A stretch of 64,000 nt of DNA from Thermoplasmata archaeon (GCA_034667725.1 JAXDQS010000003.1:256001-320000); one strand, 5' to 3'; counted from the first letter of the stretch, positions 1 to 10,087 are shown. The notes: generated by a model not told the origin, from the letters alone. Numbers and translations: made by a program.

Positions 1-1008
1 GAGCTCAACGACCTCTGGCTCTTGGCGCCCGTCGTGCTCGGCGTCTCGCTCTTGCCCCTGGTCATCCTGCGCTTCGCCCCCCGCGCCTTCGACTGGGTCG
101 GCAACCGCCGCCGCGCCACCCCGCCCGCCTGGTACCGCTTCGTCGTGAGCGGCATCCTGGTCGGCGCCCTGTTCGCCATCAGCCTGCCCGCCTTCGCCAA
201 GGGCCTGCCCCAGTTCGTGGACCTGCCCGGCATGTTCGGCTGGCCCATCCTCGCCATGGCCGCCGTCGGCCTCGCCATCCTGCCGTTCGCCCGCAGCCCC
301 GGCGCCCACCTTGGCGTCGCCATGGCGATCGCGACCTACCCCTTCGTGGTCCACAACCCGCTCGACTCCGAGTTCTGGCCGCACCGCACCGCCGTCTACC
401 TCGGCGTGGCGCTCGCGATGCTGGCCGGTGTCGCCGGCGGCTTCCTGGCCCGCGTCACCTGCAAGGCCTTCGAGGACGCCACCTCGTCCGGCCGCAGCGG
501 CGCCGAGGCCGAGACCGAGGCCGCCTACACGCTGCCCAAGACCCCCTCGGCCCGCCCGATGTTCGTCGTGCTGCCCGCCCTGATCGTGGCGGTCTGCCTG
601 GCCGGCGGCGTGTACGCGGCCACCCCCGACCGCTACGACGAGGGCTGGTACCGCCTCTACAGCAACTGCGAGCTCAAGGGCCTGCAGGAGGTCGCCTCCT
701 GGGTCGACGCCGAGCCGGAGGCGCTGGTGATCGCCGGCTCCTGGCAAGCCAAGCTGGTCTTGGCCGGTGTGGCCACCGACGCCTCGCGCATCTGGTTCAA
801 GCCCGAGTTCTTCACCGACGCGGGCGAACGCGACGCCACCATGCGGCAACTGGCCAAGGACGGCCGGCCCTTGGTCGTCGTCGTGGACGGCCACCTCCCC
901 GACGAGACGCCCGGCGCCGACCTCAGCTTCCTCGAGTCGATGCCCTACCAGAAGATCGGCTCCTGGTGCAGCAACACCAAGCCGATGGCGGCCTACACGG
1001 CGGTGTGA
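1..1008 (+). CDS. Multi-pass membrane protein, 5' truncated by the window edge (possible GT-C-like glycan assembly protein)
   Basis: Frame open from base 1; several hydrophobic helices followed by a soluble C-terminal domain; directly upstream of a GT2 gene. Confidence 0.6.
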   Translation, partial: ELNDLWLLAPVVLGVSLLPLVILRFAPRAFDWVGNRRRATPPAWYRFVVSGILVGALFAISLPAFAKGLPQFVDLPGMFGWPILAMAAVGLAILPFARSPGAHLGVAMAIATYPFVVHNPLDSEFWPHRTAVYLGVALAMLAGVAGGFLARVTCKAFEDATSSGRSGAEAETEAAYTLPKTPSARPMFVVLPALIVAVCLAGGVYAATPDRYDEGWYRLYSNCELKGLQEVASWVDAEPEALVIAGSWQAKLVLAGVATDASRIWFKPEFFTDAGERDATMRQLAKDGRPLVVVVDGHLPDETPGADLSFLESMPYQKIGSWCSNTKPMAAYTAV

Positions 1009-1012
1009 CGCG

Positions 1013-1780
1013 ATGCAGCCCCCCACCCCGGCCGCCGCGCCGCACAAGCCCGGCCTCGTCACCATCGTCGTGCCCGCCAAGGACGAGGAGGCCGCCATCG
1101 GCGGCACCCTGCGCTCCCTCCCCGTCGAGACCCTGGCCGCCGCCGGCTTCCGCTCGGAGGTGTTCGTGCTCGACGGCCGCAGCAAGGACCGCACCGCCGA
1201 CATCGCCCGCGCATGGGGCGCGCAGGTCCTCACCGACCGCGTGCCCGGCAAGGCCGCCGCCCTCCGGGAGGCCCGCCCGCTGTTCGCCGGCGACTACGTC
1301 GTGATGCTGGACGCCGACGGCACCTACGCCCCGGACGCCATCCCGCGCATGGCCTCGCTCTTGGCCTGGGACCACGCCGACGTCGTCATGGGCCGCCGCA
1401 TCATCCAGGAAGGCGCCATGTCGGTGACGCACCGCTACGGCAACCGCGCCCTCAGCCTCGGCGCCACCATGCTCTACGGCCGCCGCTGCCCCGACCTGTG
1501 CACCGGCCTGTGGGGCTTCCGCCGCGACGCGTTCCAGAGCCTGCCCCTGACCAGCACCGGCTTCGAGCTGGAGGCCGAGCTGTTCGCGCTCTCCGCCCGC
1601 CTGGGCTACCGCATCGCCCACGTGCGCGCCGACTACATGCCGCGCCCCGGCGAGTCCAAGCTCAACGGCGCCCGCGACGGCCTGCGCATCGGCTGGACCC
1701 TGGTCCGCACCCGCTTCACCACGCTGCCCGAGGTCGGCCCCGCCGGCGGCAACCGCAACCCCCGGGAGGCGAGCGCGTGA
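1013..1780 (+). CDS. Glycosyltransferase family 2 (DPM-synthase-like)
   Basis: IVVPAKDEE, LDGRSKDRT, MLDADGTY (DxD) and GFELEAE motifs; ATG at 1013. Confidence 0.92.
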   Translation: MQPPTPAAAPHKPGLVTIVVPAKDEEAAIGGTLRSLPVETLAAAGFRSEVFVLDGRSKDRTADIARAWGAQVLTDRVPGKAAALREARPLFAGDYVVMLDADGTYAPDAIPRMASLLAWDHADVVMGRRIIQEGAMSVTHRYGNRALSLGATMLYGRRCPDLCTGLWGFRRDAFQSLPLTSTGFELEAELFALSARLGYRIAHVRADYMPRPGESKLNGARDGLRIGWTLVRTRFTTLPEVGPAGGNRNPREASA

Positions 1781-3297
1781 AGGCAGCCGCCCTCGTCGCC
1801 ACCCTGTTCGTGGCGGCCGTCCTGCTGGCCGGCTGCGGCGACTCCGCCGGCGACACCGCGCTGCGGGAGAAGCTCAAGAAGCCCAGCCTGCAGATGCCGG
1901 GCGGCACCGACATGGTCAAGGTGCTCGGCACCCAGGACGGCGCCCTCCGCCTGCTGGGCGACCCCGACACCAGCGGCCTCGACGACTGGACCCCCGAGTT
2001 CGACTCGGTGCCCACCCTCGTCGACTTCGACGGCGACGGCCGCAGCGAGGTCGTCACCTACGGCGGCGACGGCCAGGTCCACGTCTTCCGCCAGGACGGC
2101 AAGGTGCTGGCGCGCCTGCCCACCACCGTCCCCGACGGCTGGTACGTGGACCGCTACCTCAACGGCGCCGACGCGGCCGTGATGCACCCCGGCGAGGCCC
2201 CCAGCATCGTCGTGGCCAGCCCGGCCGGCTACGTCGCGCTGTGGAAACTGCAAGGCAAGGGCGGCGACAGCCTGACCTTCGCGAAGGCATGGGAGCGCCG
2301 CATGGACGACTGCATCGACGGCGCCTCGATGGACGCCAGCGCCACGCTGGCCGACCTCGACGGCGACGGCGGCCGCGAAATCCTCGTCCAGGCGGAGGAG
2401 CGCGGCCTGTTCGCCCTCAACGCCGACGGCACGCTCCGCTGGGGCTGGTGCTGGGGCGGCGGCAACGCCGCGCCCATCGCCGAGGACCTCGACGGCGACG
2501 GCCGGCGCGAGGCCATCTTCGCCTCCGACGGCGGCGTCGTGTCGGTGTTCGACGGCGCCAAGGGCTTCCCGCTCTGGACCTTCGACGCCACCCAGTACGG
2601 CTTCACGCCCGCCAGCATCTCGGTGAGCCCCACGGTCGCCGAGCTCGACGGGGTCGCGCCCAAGGAGGTGCTGTTCACCGTCCGGCAGGCCGAGTCCGGC
2701 CGCCCCGACACCTTCGCCAGCCAGCACATGGGCATCTTCGCGGTCCACGGCCGGCAAGGCGCCGACCACGGCGCCGAGGCGCTCTGGGTCCGCAACCCGC
2801 AGTGGGCCAATCCCCTGAGCTACACCATGCTGCGCGCCGGCGACCTCGACGGCGACGGCATGACGGAAATCTACGGCATGGACTGGAACACCATCGGCCA
2901 CAACCCCGGCAACTGGGAGAACGTCGGCAAGCCGCACGTGTTCCGCCTGGACGCCAGCGGCCTCGAGGCCTGGGTCACCGAGCTGGAGACCTGGTGGTCG
3001 AACAAGGACATCGCGATCGCGGACCTGGACGGCGACGGCGTGCAGGACATCCTGGCCACCGGCCCCTACGAGGGCGCCGACGGCATCTGGGCCCTCCGGT
3101 CCAGCGACGGCCGCCCCACCGCGTTCGTGCCGACCCTCGGCTGGGAGCTGCTGCGCGGCCCCAGCGTCGCCGACCTCGACCGCGACGGCAAGGTGGACCT
3201 CGTCGTCCCCGTCAAGCCAGCCAACACCTCGGGCGAGGCGGGCGGCGTCGCGGTCATCCAGATCGAGGCCACCTACACGACGGGGGCTTGGCGATGA
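1777..3297 (+). CDS. FG-GAP/VCBS repeat beta-propeller lipoprotein
   Basis: GTG overlaps the upstream stop; lipobox LLAGC; repeated D(F/L)DGDG calcium-blade motifs. Confidence 0.85.
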   Translation: MKAAALVATLFVAAVLLAGCGDSAGDTALREKLKKPSLQMPGGTDMVKVLGTQDGALRLLGDPDTSGLDDWTPEFDSVPTLVDFDGDGRSEVVTYGGDGQVHVFRQDGKVLARLPTTVPDGWYVDRYLNGADAAVMHPGEAPSIVVASPAGYVALWKLQGKGGDSLTFAKAWERRMDDCIDGASMDASATLADLDGDGGREILVQAEERGLFALNADGTLRWGWCWGGGNAAPIAEDLDGDGRREAIFASDGGVVSVFDGAKGFPLWTFDATQYGFTPASISVSPTVAELDGVAPKEVLFTVRQAESGRPDTFASQHMGIFAVHGRQGADHGAEALWVRNPQWANPLSYTMLRAGDLDGDGMTEIYGMDWNTIGHNPGNWENVGKPHVFRLDASGLEAWVTELETWWSNKDIAIADLDGDGVQDILATGPYEGADGIWALRSSDGRPTAFVPTLGWELLRGPSVADLDRDGKVDLVVPVKPANTSGEAGGVAVIQIEATYTTGAWR

Positions 3298-5720
3298 AGA
3301 TTCTCCCACGCGTGGCCGTCACCGGCCTCTTGGTGATGACGGCGTTCGCGATGGTGCCGCCCGCGTCGGCCGCCACCAACCTGGTGCGCAGCATGACCAA
3401 CACCACCTCGAACCCGGCCGTCGCGTTCGCGGCCTTCGACGGCAACCCGGCCAAGCTGTTCGACTTCGACAACGACGGCGACCTGGAGATCGTCGCCCAG
3501 AACGACAACAACTGGGCGTACATCTTCGACTCCCGCACGGGCGCCATGAAGGCGGAGCTGAAGACCAGCTTCCCGTCCGGCTGGGGCGCCCGCACCTTCA
3601 ACGGCCCCGAGGCCTACCGTGAGGGCGGCACCTCCTACCTGGTGCTGGTCAACTCGGCCGCCACCGTCACCAAGTACCGCTTCGACGCAAGCACCGCCGC
3701 CAACGCCAAGTGGACCTTCGTCAAGGAGTGGGAACGCCGCCTGTCCGACTGCTTCAGCGGGCCGGGCAGCGACTCCAAGCCCGTGATCCACGACCTCGAC
3801 CGCGACGGCCACTACGACATCATCGGCACCACCGAGGAGTCCGGCGTCTACGCCCTGCGCGGCGACGGCTCGCTGCTGTGGAAGACCTGCATCGGCGGCG
3901 GCAACGCCGACGCGGCCGTGGCCGACCTCAACCTGGACGGCTGGCCCGAGGTGGTGCATGTCTCCGACGGCGGCGTCGTGACCGCGCTCAACGGCCGCAC
4001 CGGCGGCCAGGTGTGGCGCTACGACGCCCGCGCCGCCTTCAGCCTCGGCTCCGGCAGCATCCCCGTCGGCCCCGGCATCGGCCAGCTCGACGGCATCGGC
4101 GGCCCCGACGTGGTCTTCGGCGCCCGCGACTCGCACGACCCCGACAACGTCGACGCCAACCATGCCTTGATCGCGGCCTTGGACTCCAACGGCAAGCTGC
4201 TGTGGGGCCGCCGCGACCCGAACGCCAACCCGCTCACCTACACCCACCCGATCGTCGCGGACGCCGACAACGACGGCCGCAACGAGGTCTACTGGGGCGA
4301 CTGGAACACCATGGGCCACAAGCCGCCCTTCGACGAGTCGCAGGCGTGGCAGCTCACCGGCCCCGCCAACTACTACCGCTACGACCACGCCGGCAACCTG
4401 GTGTGGCGCACCGAGCTTGCCACCTACTGGAGCAACAAGGACCTGGTGCTTGCCGACGTGGACGGCGACGGCGCCCAGGAGATCGTGGCCAACGGCCCCG
4501 GCTCCGGCGGCGACGGCCTGTGGTACCTCAACGCCGCCACCGGCGCCAAGGAGACCTTCGTCGGCATCAACCCCTACAAGGTCCAGCGCAACGCCATCGC
4601 CGGCGACCTGTGGAACACCAACACGCTGCAGCTCGTCGTCGAGGCCAGCCCGGCCGCCAGCGGCGCGCAGGGCCCGGCCATCCAGATCTACGACACCCAC
4701 GTCGGCTACAACGCGATGTGGCCGCACCTGCCCGACCCCGCTCCCCTCGGCGGCGGCGTGACGCCTCCGCCGCCTCCGCCGCCCCCGCCTCCGCCCCCCC
4801 CGCCGACCGGGCCGTTCGACGCCACCTTCACCGCCGTGCGCGGCAACGAATGGTGGGTCCAGGCCAACGTCGGCGCCACCGGCGAGGCCCTCGACAAAGT
4901 GGACGTCAGCCTGAACGGCGGCGCCTGGAAGCCCCTCACGAAGCAGTCGTGGGGCGGCTGGGGCGCGTCCTACCAGGTCGTGCAAGGCACCGTGGTGCAG
5001 CTGCGCGCCACCTCGACGGCCGGCTCGACCGACCCGAGCGCGTGCTACCAGTGGATCCCGCCCAGCAACGTGGACGCGACCCAAGTGGACTGCGAGAGCA
5101 CGCCCACCGAGCCGCCCCCGCCCCCGCCGCCCAGCGGCGCGTTCGACGCCGTCTACAGCCAAGTGCGCGGCAACGAGTGGTGGGAGCAGACGGTCGTCAG
5201 CGCCGCCGGCCACACCGTCGCCAAGGTGGACGTCCGCCTCAACGGCGGCGCCTGGAAGCCCCTGACGAAACAGTCGTGGGGCGGCTGGGCCGCGTCCTAC
5301 CAGGTCGTGCAAGGCACCGTCGTGCAGTTCCAGGCGACCTCCGGCACGGGCGCCATCGACCTCAGCGACTGCTACCAGTGGATTCCGCCCAGCAACGTGG
5401 ACGCCAGCAAGGTCGCGTGCAGCGGCGGCACCCCGCCCCCGCCACCCCCGCCGCCTCCGCCGCCGACCGGGACGTTCACCGCCTCGTTCGTGCCCAAGTC
5501 GCAAGGCAACGACTGGTGGGTCGAGGTGCAGGTCACCGCCAACCACCCCCTCGCCAAGGTGGAGGCCCAGGTCAACACCAACGGCTGGGTCGTCCTCGAC
5601 AAGCAGAGCTGGGGCAACTACGCCAAGTCGTTCTTCGTCGCCAACGGCAGCATCGTCAAGTTCCGCGCCACCGACACCGGCGGCGCCATGGTCGTGAGCG
5701 GCAGCTACCTGTGGGGATGA
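3294..5720 (+). CDS. Secreted FG-GAP repeat protein with three C-terminal Trp-rich repeats and polyproline linkers
   Basis: Signal peptide MKILPR...PASA; DFDNDG/DLDRDG/DVDGDG motifs; three GN(E/D)WW...KQSWG modules. Confidence 0.85.
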   Translation: MKILPRVAVTGLLVMTAFAMVPPASAATNLVRSMTNTTSNPAVAFAAFDGNPAKLFDFDNDGDLEIVAQNDNNWAYIFDSRTGAMKAELKTSFPSGWGARTFNGPEAYREGGTSYLVLVNSAATVTKYRFDASTAANAKWTFVKEWERRLSDCFSGPGSDSKPVIHDLDRDGHYDIIGTTEESGVYALRGDGSLLWKTCIGGGNADAAVADLNLDGWPEVVHVSDGGVVTALNGRTGGQVWRYDARAAFSLGSGSIPVGPGIGQLDGIGGPDVVFGARDSHDPDNVDANHALIAALDSNGKLLWGRRDPNANPLTYTHPIVADADNDGRNEVYWGDWNTMGHKPPFDESQAWQLTGPANYYRYDHAGNLVWRTELATYWSNKDLVLADVDGDGAQEIVANGPGSGGDGLWYLNAATGAKETFVGINPYKVQRNAIAGDLWNTNTLQLVVEASPAASGAQGPAIQIYDTHVGYNAMWPHLPDPAPLGGGVTPPPPPPPPPPPPPPTGPFDATFTAVRGNEWWVQANVGATGEALDKVDVSLNGGAWKPLTKQSWGGWGASYQVVQGTVVQLRATSTAGSTDPSACYQWIPPSNVDATQVDCESTPTEPPPPPPPSGAFDAVYSQVRGNEWWEQTVVSAAGHTVAKVDVRLNGGAWKPLTKQSWGGWAASYQVVQGTVVQFQATSGTGAIDLSDCYQWIPPSNVDASKVACSGGTPPPPPPPPPPPTGTFTASFVPKSQGNDWWVEVQVTANHPLAKVEAQVNTNGWVVLDKQSWGNYAKSFFVANGSIVKFRATDTGGAMVVSGSYLWG
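4813..5717 (+). repeat. Three intragenic ~80-95 aa domain repeats (about 4813-5092, 5141-5420, 5474-5717) separated by CCG-rich polyproline tracts
   Basis: Copies 1 and 2 share near-identical DNA (aacggcggcgcctggaagccc...tcctaccaggtcgtgcaaggcaccgt); copy 3 is more diverged. Confidence 0.9.
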
Positions 5721-6892
5721 CCATGGGCGAGAGCAAGCGCATCACCCTGGTCTCGCCCTACGACCCCACGCCGGACCAGCTCGACACCAAAGGCGCCAAG
5801 GTCGGCGGCGTCGAGCGGGTGTTCGCCGAGGTCGCCAAGGGCCTGGTGGCCCGCGGCCACGACGTGACGATGCTGTGCAGCACCTCGGGCCCGCCCCGGC
5901 GGACGGTCGACGACAACCTGCGCACCATCCGGGTCCATCGCCACGCGACCCTGTTCCGTGACCCGGTGTGCCGCCTCGACCGGCACCTGCCGCCCGGCGC
6001 GGACATCGTGCACGTCGCGGCCACCTACCCGTTCACGACGGCGCCCGTGCTGCGGCGCGCCGACCGCGACGGCGCGGTGCCGGTGCTGGACTTCCACTTC
6101 GAGCCGCACCCCGGCAGCGCCGCCGGCCGCCTTGCCGCAGCACTCTACCGCAAGGTCGGCCCGCCGAGCTACAGCGTCGCCCAGGCGGTCCTGGTGCGCT
6201 CGCACGCCTACGCCGAGTCGGCCCCGAGCCTGGCCGGCGTGCCGGCGGAGCGGCTCCGGATCGTGCCCAACGGCATCGACCCGGCCCGCTTCCGCCCGGA
6301 CGGCCCCGCCAGCCCCGGCGACTACCTGCTGTTCGTCGGCCGCCTCGTGCCCTACAAGGGCGTCGAGGTGCTGCTGCACGCCATGGCCCTCGCCCGCCTC
6401 GGCCTTCCCTTGGTGGTCGTCGGCGACGGCCCGCGCAAGCCGTTCCTGGAGTCGCTGGCGCGCAACCTCGGCGTCGAGGTGCGCTGGCTCGGCCACATCC
6501 CCGACGACATGCTGCCCATCCTGTACCGCGGCGCCACCCTCACGGTGCTGCCCAGCGTCAACCGCCAGGAGGCCTTCGGCATCGCCCTCATCGAGTCGAT
6601 GGCGTGCGGCACCCCGGTCGTGGCCTCCGCGCTGCGCGGCGTCGAGGACGTCGCCAAGGTCGGCGGCCTCACGGTGCCGCCCGGCGACCCGGCCGCCCTC
6701 GCCCAAGCGCTGCAGCAGGCCATCGCCGCCAACCTGCCGCGCGGCGCGGCGCTGGCCCGCAAGGTGCACGCCCTGTTCTCGTGGGACGCGGTCACCGACC
6801 GCCTCGTCCAAGTGTACGACGAGGCGCTCGCGGGCCGCCCCCGCCGCGAGGTGAACCCCCATGCGCATCCTGGCGGTCACGCCGTACTATAG
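5717..6892 (+). CDS. Glycosyltransferase family 4
   Basis: GGVER, VPNGID, FVGRLVPYKG and EAFGIALIESMACGTPVV (Ex7E) motifs. Confidence 0.93.
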   Translation: MTMGESKRITLVSPYDPTPDQLDTKGAKVGGVERVFAEVAKGLVARGHDVTMLCSTSGPPRRTVDDNLRTIRVHRHATLFRDPVCRLDRHLPPGADIVHVAATYPFTTAPVLRRADRDGAVPVLDFHFEPHPGSAAGRLAAALYRKVGPPSYSVAQAVLVRSHAYAESAPSLAGVPAERLRIVPNGIDPARFRPDGPASPGDYLLFVGRLVPYKGVEVLLHAMALARLGLPLVVVGDGPRKPFLESLARNLGVEVRWLGHIPDDMLPILYRGATLTVLPSVNRQEAFGIALIESMACGTPVVASALRGVEDVAKVGGLTVPPGDPAALAQALQQAIAANLPRGAALARKVHALFSWDAVTDRLVQVYDEALAGRPRREVNPHAHPGGHAVL

Positions 6893-7985
6893 CCCCGAGG
6901 GCGGCGGCCTGGAGCGGTACGCGCACCAGATCCTGCGCCGCCTGGCCGGGCGCGGCCACGACGTGCAGGCGCTCGCCTTCAGCCAGACGCGCGCCGGCCG
7001 CGTCGACGTCGAGGGCGTCCCGGTCGAGTTCACCATGCCCGACTTCCGCATCGGCAACGCCCCCGTCGGCGCCGGCTTCCTGGGCGCCGTGCGCGACCGC
7101 ATCGCCCGCGACCGCCCCGACGTCGTGCTGGCGCACACGCCCGTGCCGTTCTCGGCCGAGATGGCAAGCCTCGCCGCCGCGCGCGCCGGCGTCCCGTTCG
7201 TCGCGACCTACCACGCCGGCCGGCTGCAAGGCAGCACCGGCGTCCGCAACGTGCTCGCGGCCCTCGACCGCGCCACCTTGGAGCGCCGGATGCTCAAGAA
7301 CGCCGCGCGGCTGATCGCCGTGACACCGTACGTCCGCGACCACGCGCTCGGGAAGCACAAGGACCGCGTCGCCATCATCCCGCCGGGCGTCGACCACGCC
7401 ACCTTCGCGCCGCAGCCGATGGAGGACGCGCCCCCCAAGGAGGTGCTGTTCGTCGGCCCGCTGGACCGCAGCTACGGCTGGAAAGGGGCCGACGTGCTGT
7501 GGGACGCGTTCCAGGCCGTCGCCAAGGCGCACCCCGCCGCCCGGCTGCGGCTGGTGGGCAAGGGCGACCGCGCCGCCGAGTTCCGGCGCCTGGGCGCCCG
7601 CCTCGGCGGCGTCGAGGTCAGCGGCCGCCTCAGCGACCCGGAGCTGGTCGCGGCCTACAACCGCGCCTGCGTCACGGTGCTGCCCAGCCTGACCGACGCC
7701 GAGTCGTTCGGCATGGTGCTGGCCGAGGCCAACGCCTGCGAGCGGCCCGTGGTGGCAAGCCGGGTCGGCGGCATCCCCGACTTCGTGGCCCACGGCGAGA
7801 ACGGCCTGCTGGCGGCGCCCGGCGACGCGCGCGACCTGGCGGCGCAGCTGTGCGCGGTGCTGGCGGACGAAGGGATGGCGCGCCGGATGGGCCGCGCGGG
7901 CCGCAAGCGCGTGATCGAGGGGCACGACTGGGACGAGCTTGCGAAGCGGACGGAAGCCGTGCTGGCCGACGCCGCCAACGCTTAG
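6861..7985 (+). CDS. Glycosyltransferase family 4
   Basis: GGLERY, IPPGVD, ESFGMVLAEANAC and GENGLL motifs. Confidence 0.93.
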   Translation: MRILAVTPYYSPEGGGLERYAHQILRRLAGRGHDVQALAFSQTRAGRVDVEGVPVEFTMPDFRIGNAPVGAGFLGAVRDRIARDRPDVVLAHTPVPFSAEMASLAAARAGVPFVATYHAGRLQGSTGVRNVLAALDRATLERRMLKNAARLIAVTPYVRDHALGKHKDRVAIIPPGVDHATFAPQPMEDAPPKEVLFVGPLDRSYGWKGADVLWDAFQAVAKAHPAARLRLVGKGDRAAEFRRLGARLGGVEVSGRLSDPELVAAYNRACVTVLPSLTDAESFGMVLAEANACERPVVASRVGGIPDFVAHGENGLLAAPGDARDLAAQLCAVLADEGMARRMGRAGRKRVIEGHDWDELAKRTEAVLADAANA

Positions 7986-8056
7986 TCTGGTTCGTTCGAG
8001 GCAAGCGGTGCCGCGCCAGCAAGTCCTTTCCGCGCGGACGGTTGCCGACGCTTGCG

Positions 8057-10087
8057 ATGGGGACTGCCGGAGCCGGGCGCGAGCCGCCGGAGCAGGACGT
8101 CCGCCGGCTGCTGCGGGTCGCGGCCAAGGAGGACGGCAGCGGGCCGCGCCGGGCCGCGGCGGAGGACGCCATCGCCGGCATGGTCTCGGGCCTGGTCGAG
8201 ACCAGCGCGTTCCTTGCCAACATCCTGGAGTCGAGCACCGAGCACAGCATCATCGCCAAGGACCTGGAGCGGCGCATCCTGAGCTGGAACGCCGGCGCCC
8301 GCCGCAACTACGGCTACGCGCCCGACGAGGTGCTCGGCAAGTCTTCCGACCTGCTGCACAGCCCGGAGGACCTGGAGGAGGGCGTCGTCAAGCGGCTCCA
8401 CGACGAGGCCTTGGCGCACGGCCACGCGGAAGGCAAGTTCCGGCGCCGCCGCAAGGACGGCACCACCTTCCTCGCCAGCGTCGTCATCACCCGCCGCGAC
8501 GACGCGCACGGGCGGCCCATCGGCTACCTCCTGGTGAGCCGCGACATCACGGCGGAGGAGCGGCTGCGGCGCGAGGCGGACGAGAACCGCCGCCTGCTGG
8601 CCAACATCCTCGAGTCGAGCACGCAGTACAGCATCATCGCCGAGGACCTGGAGCGGCGCATCCTGAGCTGGAACGCCGGCGCCCGCCGCAACTACGGCTA
8701 CACCGCCGACGAGGTGCTCGGCAAGTCCTCCGACCTGCTGCACGACGACCAGGACCTGCGCACGGGCGTGGTGGGCCGGATGCACGCCACGGCCCTGCGC
8801 GACGGCTACGCCGAGGGCGTCTTCCACCGGCGGCGCAAGGACGGCTCGTCGTTCCAGGCCTCGGTGGTGCTGACCCGCCGCGACGACGCGCACGGCAAGC
8901 CCCTCGGCTACCTGCTGGTGAGCCGCGACGTCACCGAGGAGCTGGCGCTCCGGCAGGAGGCCGAGGAGCGCCACCGCCGGCTCGCCGAGGCCGACCGCCG
9001 CAAGGACGAGTTCCTGGCGACCCTGGCGCACGAGCTGCGCAACCCGCTGTCGCCGCTGGCCATGGCGTCGGAGCTGCTGAAGCGGGAGCCGGACCCCGCC
9101 AAGCAAGCCCACTACCACGACATCCTGGACCGCCAGGTCGCGCACCTGACGCGCCTGGTGGACGACCTCCTGGACGTCGCCCGCTTCTCGCGCGGCAAGA
9201 TCCAGGTCCGCCGCGAGCCGATGCCGCTGGCCGCCGCCGTGCTGCAGGGCGCCGAGATCGCCGGCCCGCTGATGCAGGAGAAAGCCCAGGCGTTCAAGCT
9301 GCGCGGCGCCGCGGCCCCCCTGCTGGTGGCCGGCGACGCGGTGCGGCTGGCCCAGGTGTTCGGCAACCTGCTCCGCAACGCCGCCAAGTACACGCCGGCC
9401 GGCGGCCGCATCGAGGCCACCGTCGAGGCCGAGGGTGGCGAGGCGGTGGTGCGCATCGCCGACAACGGCCTCGGCATCCCCGCCGACCGCCTCGCCAGCA
9501 TCTTCGACCCGTTCGTCCAGGCCCACGCCGGGCAAGGAGGCGGCGGCCTCGGCATCGGGCTCACGCTGGCCAAGAGCATCGTGGAGCTGCACGACGGCAC
9601 CGTGGTGGCGTCCAGCGCCGGCGAGAACCAAGGCAGCACGTTCACGGTGCGCCTGCCGCTGCTGACGGTCCCGGCCGCCGGCGAGCCCGCCGCGCCGCCG
9701 CGCACGGACGCCACGCCGGCCCGCCGCGTCCTGGTGGTCGACGACAACCCGGACGTCGGCGAGACCCTGGCCGACCTGCTGCGCCTCGAAGGGCACACGG
9801 TCCAGGCCGCCACCTCAGGGCAGGAAGGGCTGGCCAAGGCCCGCTCGCTCCGGCCGGACATCATCTTCTGCGACCTCGGGATGCCGGGCATGGACGGCCA
9901 CGAGGTGGCGCGCCGCGTCCGGGCCGACCCCAGCCTGGCCGGCTGCACCTTGGTGGCGCTCTCCGGCTACGCCACCGATGCGGACCGGGCCCGCTCGATG
10001 CGGCAGGGCTTCGACCACCACCTGGCCAAGCCGCCGCTTGCGGCCGACCTGCTGGCGCTGGTGCGGCGCGCGCCGCGGCTGGCCTAG
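8057..10087 (+). CDS. Hybrid sensor histidine kinase (PAS-PAS-HisKA-HATPase-REC)
   Basis: Two PAS/PAC repeats; H-box LAHELRNPL; N-box NLLRNAAKY; DNGLGI and GLGIGL; receiver VVDD...CDLGMP...KP. Confidence 0.93.
   Translation: MGTAGAGREPPEQDVRRLLRVAAKEDGSGPRRAAAEDAIAGMVSGLVETSAFLANILESSTEHSIIAKDLERRILSWNAGARRNYGYAPDEVLGKSSDLLHSPEDLEEGVVKRLHDEALAHGHAEGKFRRRRKDGTTFLASVVITRRDDAHGRPIGYLLVSRDITAEERLRREADENRRLLANILESSTQYSIIAEDLERRILSWNAGARRNYGYTADEVLGKSSDLLHDDQDLRTGVVGRMHATALRDGYAEGVFHRRRKDGSSFQASVVLTRRDDAHGKPLGYLLVSRDVTEELALRQEAEERHRRLAEADRRKDEFLATLAHELRNPLSPLAMASELLKREPDPAKQAHYHDILDRQVAHLTRLVDDLLDVARFSRGKIQVRREPMPLAAAVLQGAEIAGPLMQEKAQAFKLRGAAAPLLVAGDAVRLAQVFGNLLRNAAKYTPAGGRIEATVEAEGGEAVVRIADNGLGIPADRLASIFDPFVQAHAGQGGGGLGIGLTLAKSIVELHDGTVVASSAGENQGSTFTVRLPLLTVPAAGEPAAPPRTDATPARRVLVVDDNPDVGETLADLLRLEGHTVQAATSGQEGLAKARSLRPDIIFCDLGMPGMDGHEVARRVRADPSLAGCTLVALSGYATDADRARSMRQGFDHHLAKPPLAADLLALVRRAPRLA
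8216..8935 (+). repeat. Tandem duplication of the PAS/PAC coding module (384 nt period)
   Basis: The stretch aggacctggagcggcgcatcctgagctggaacgccggcgcccgccgcaactacggctac occurs identically in both copies. Confidence 0.9.

Noticed and set aside
4764-5465. CCG-rich tracts as CRISPR repeats or contingency microsatellites
   Set aside because: In-frame polyproline linkers with synonymous variation; no repeat-spacer periodicity or cas genes
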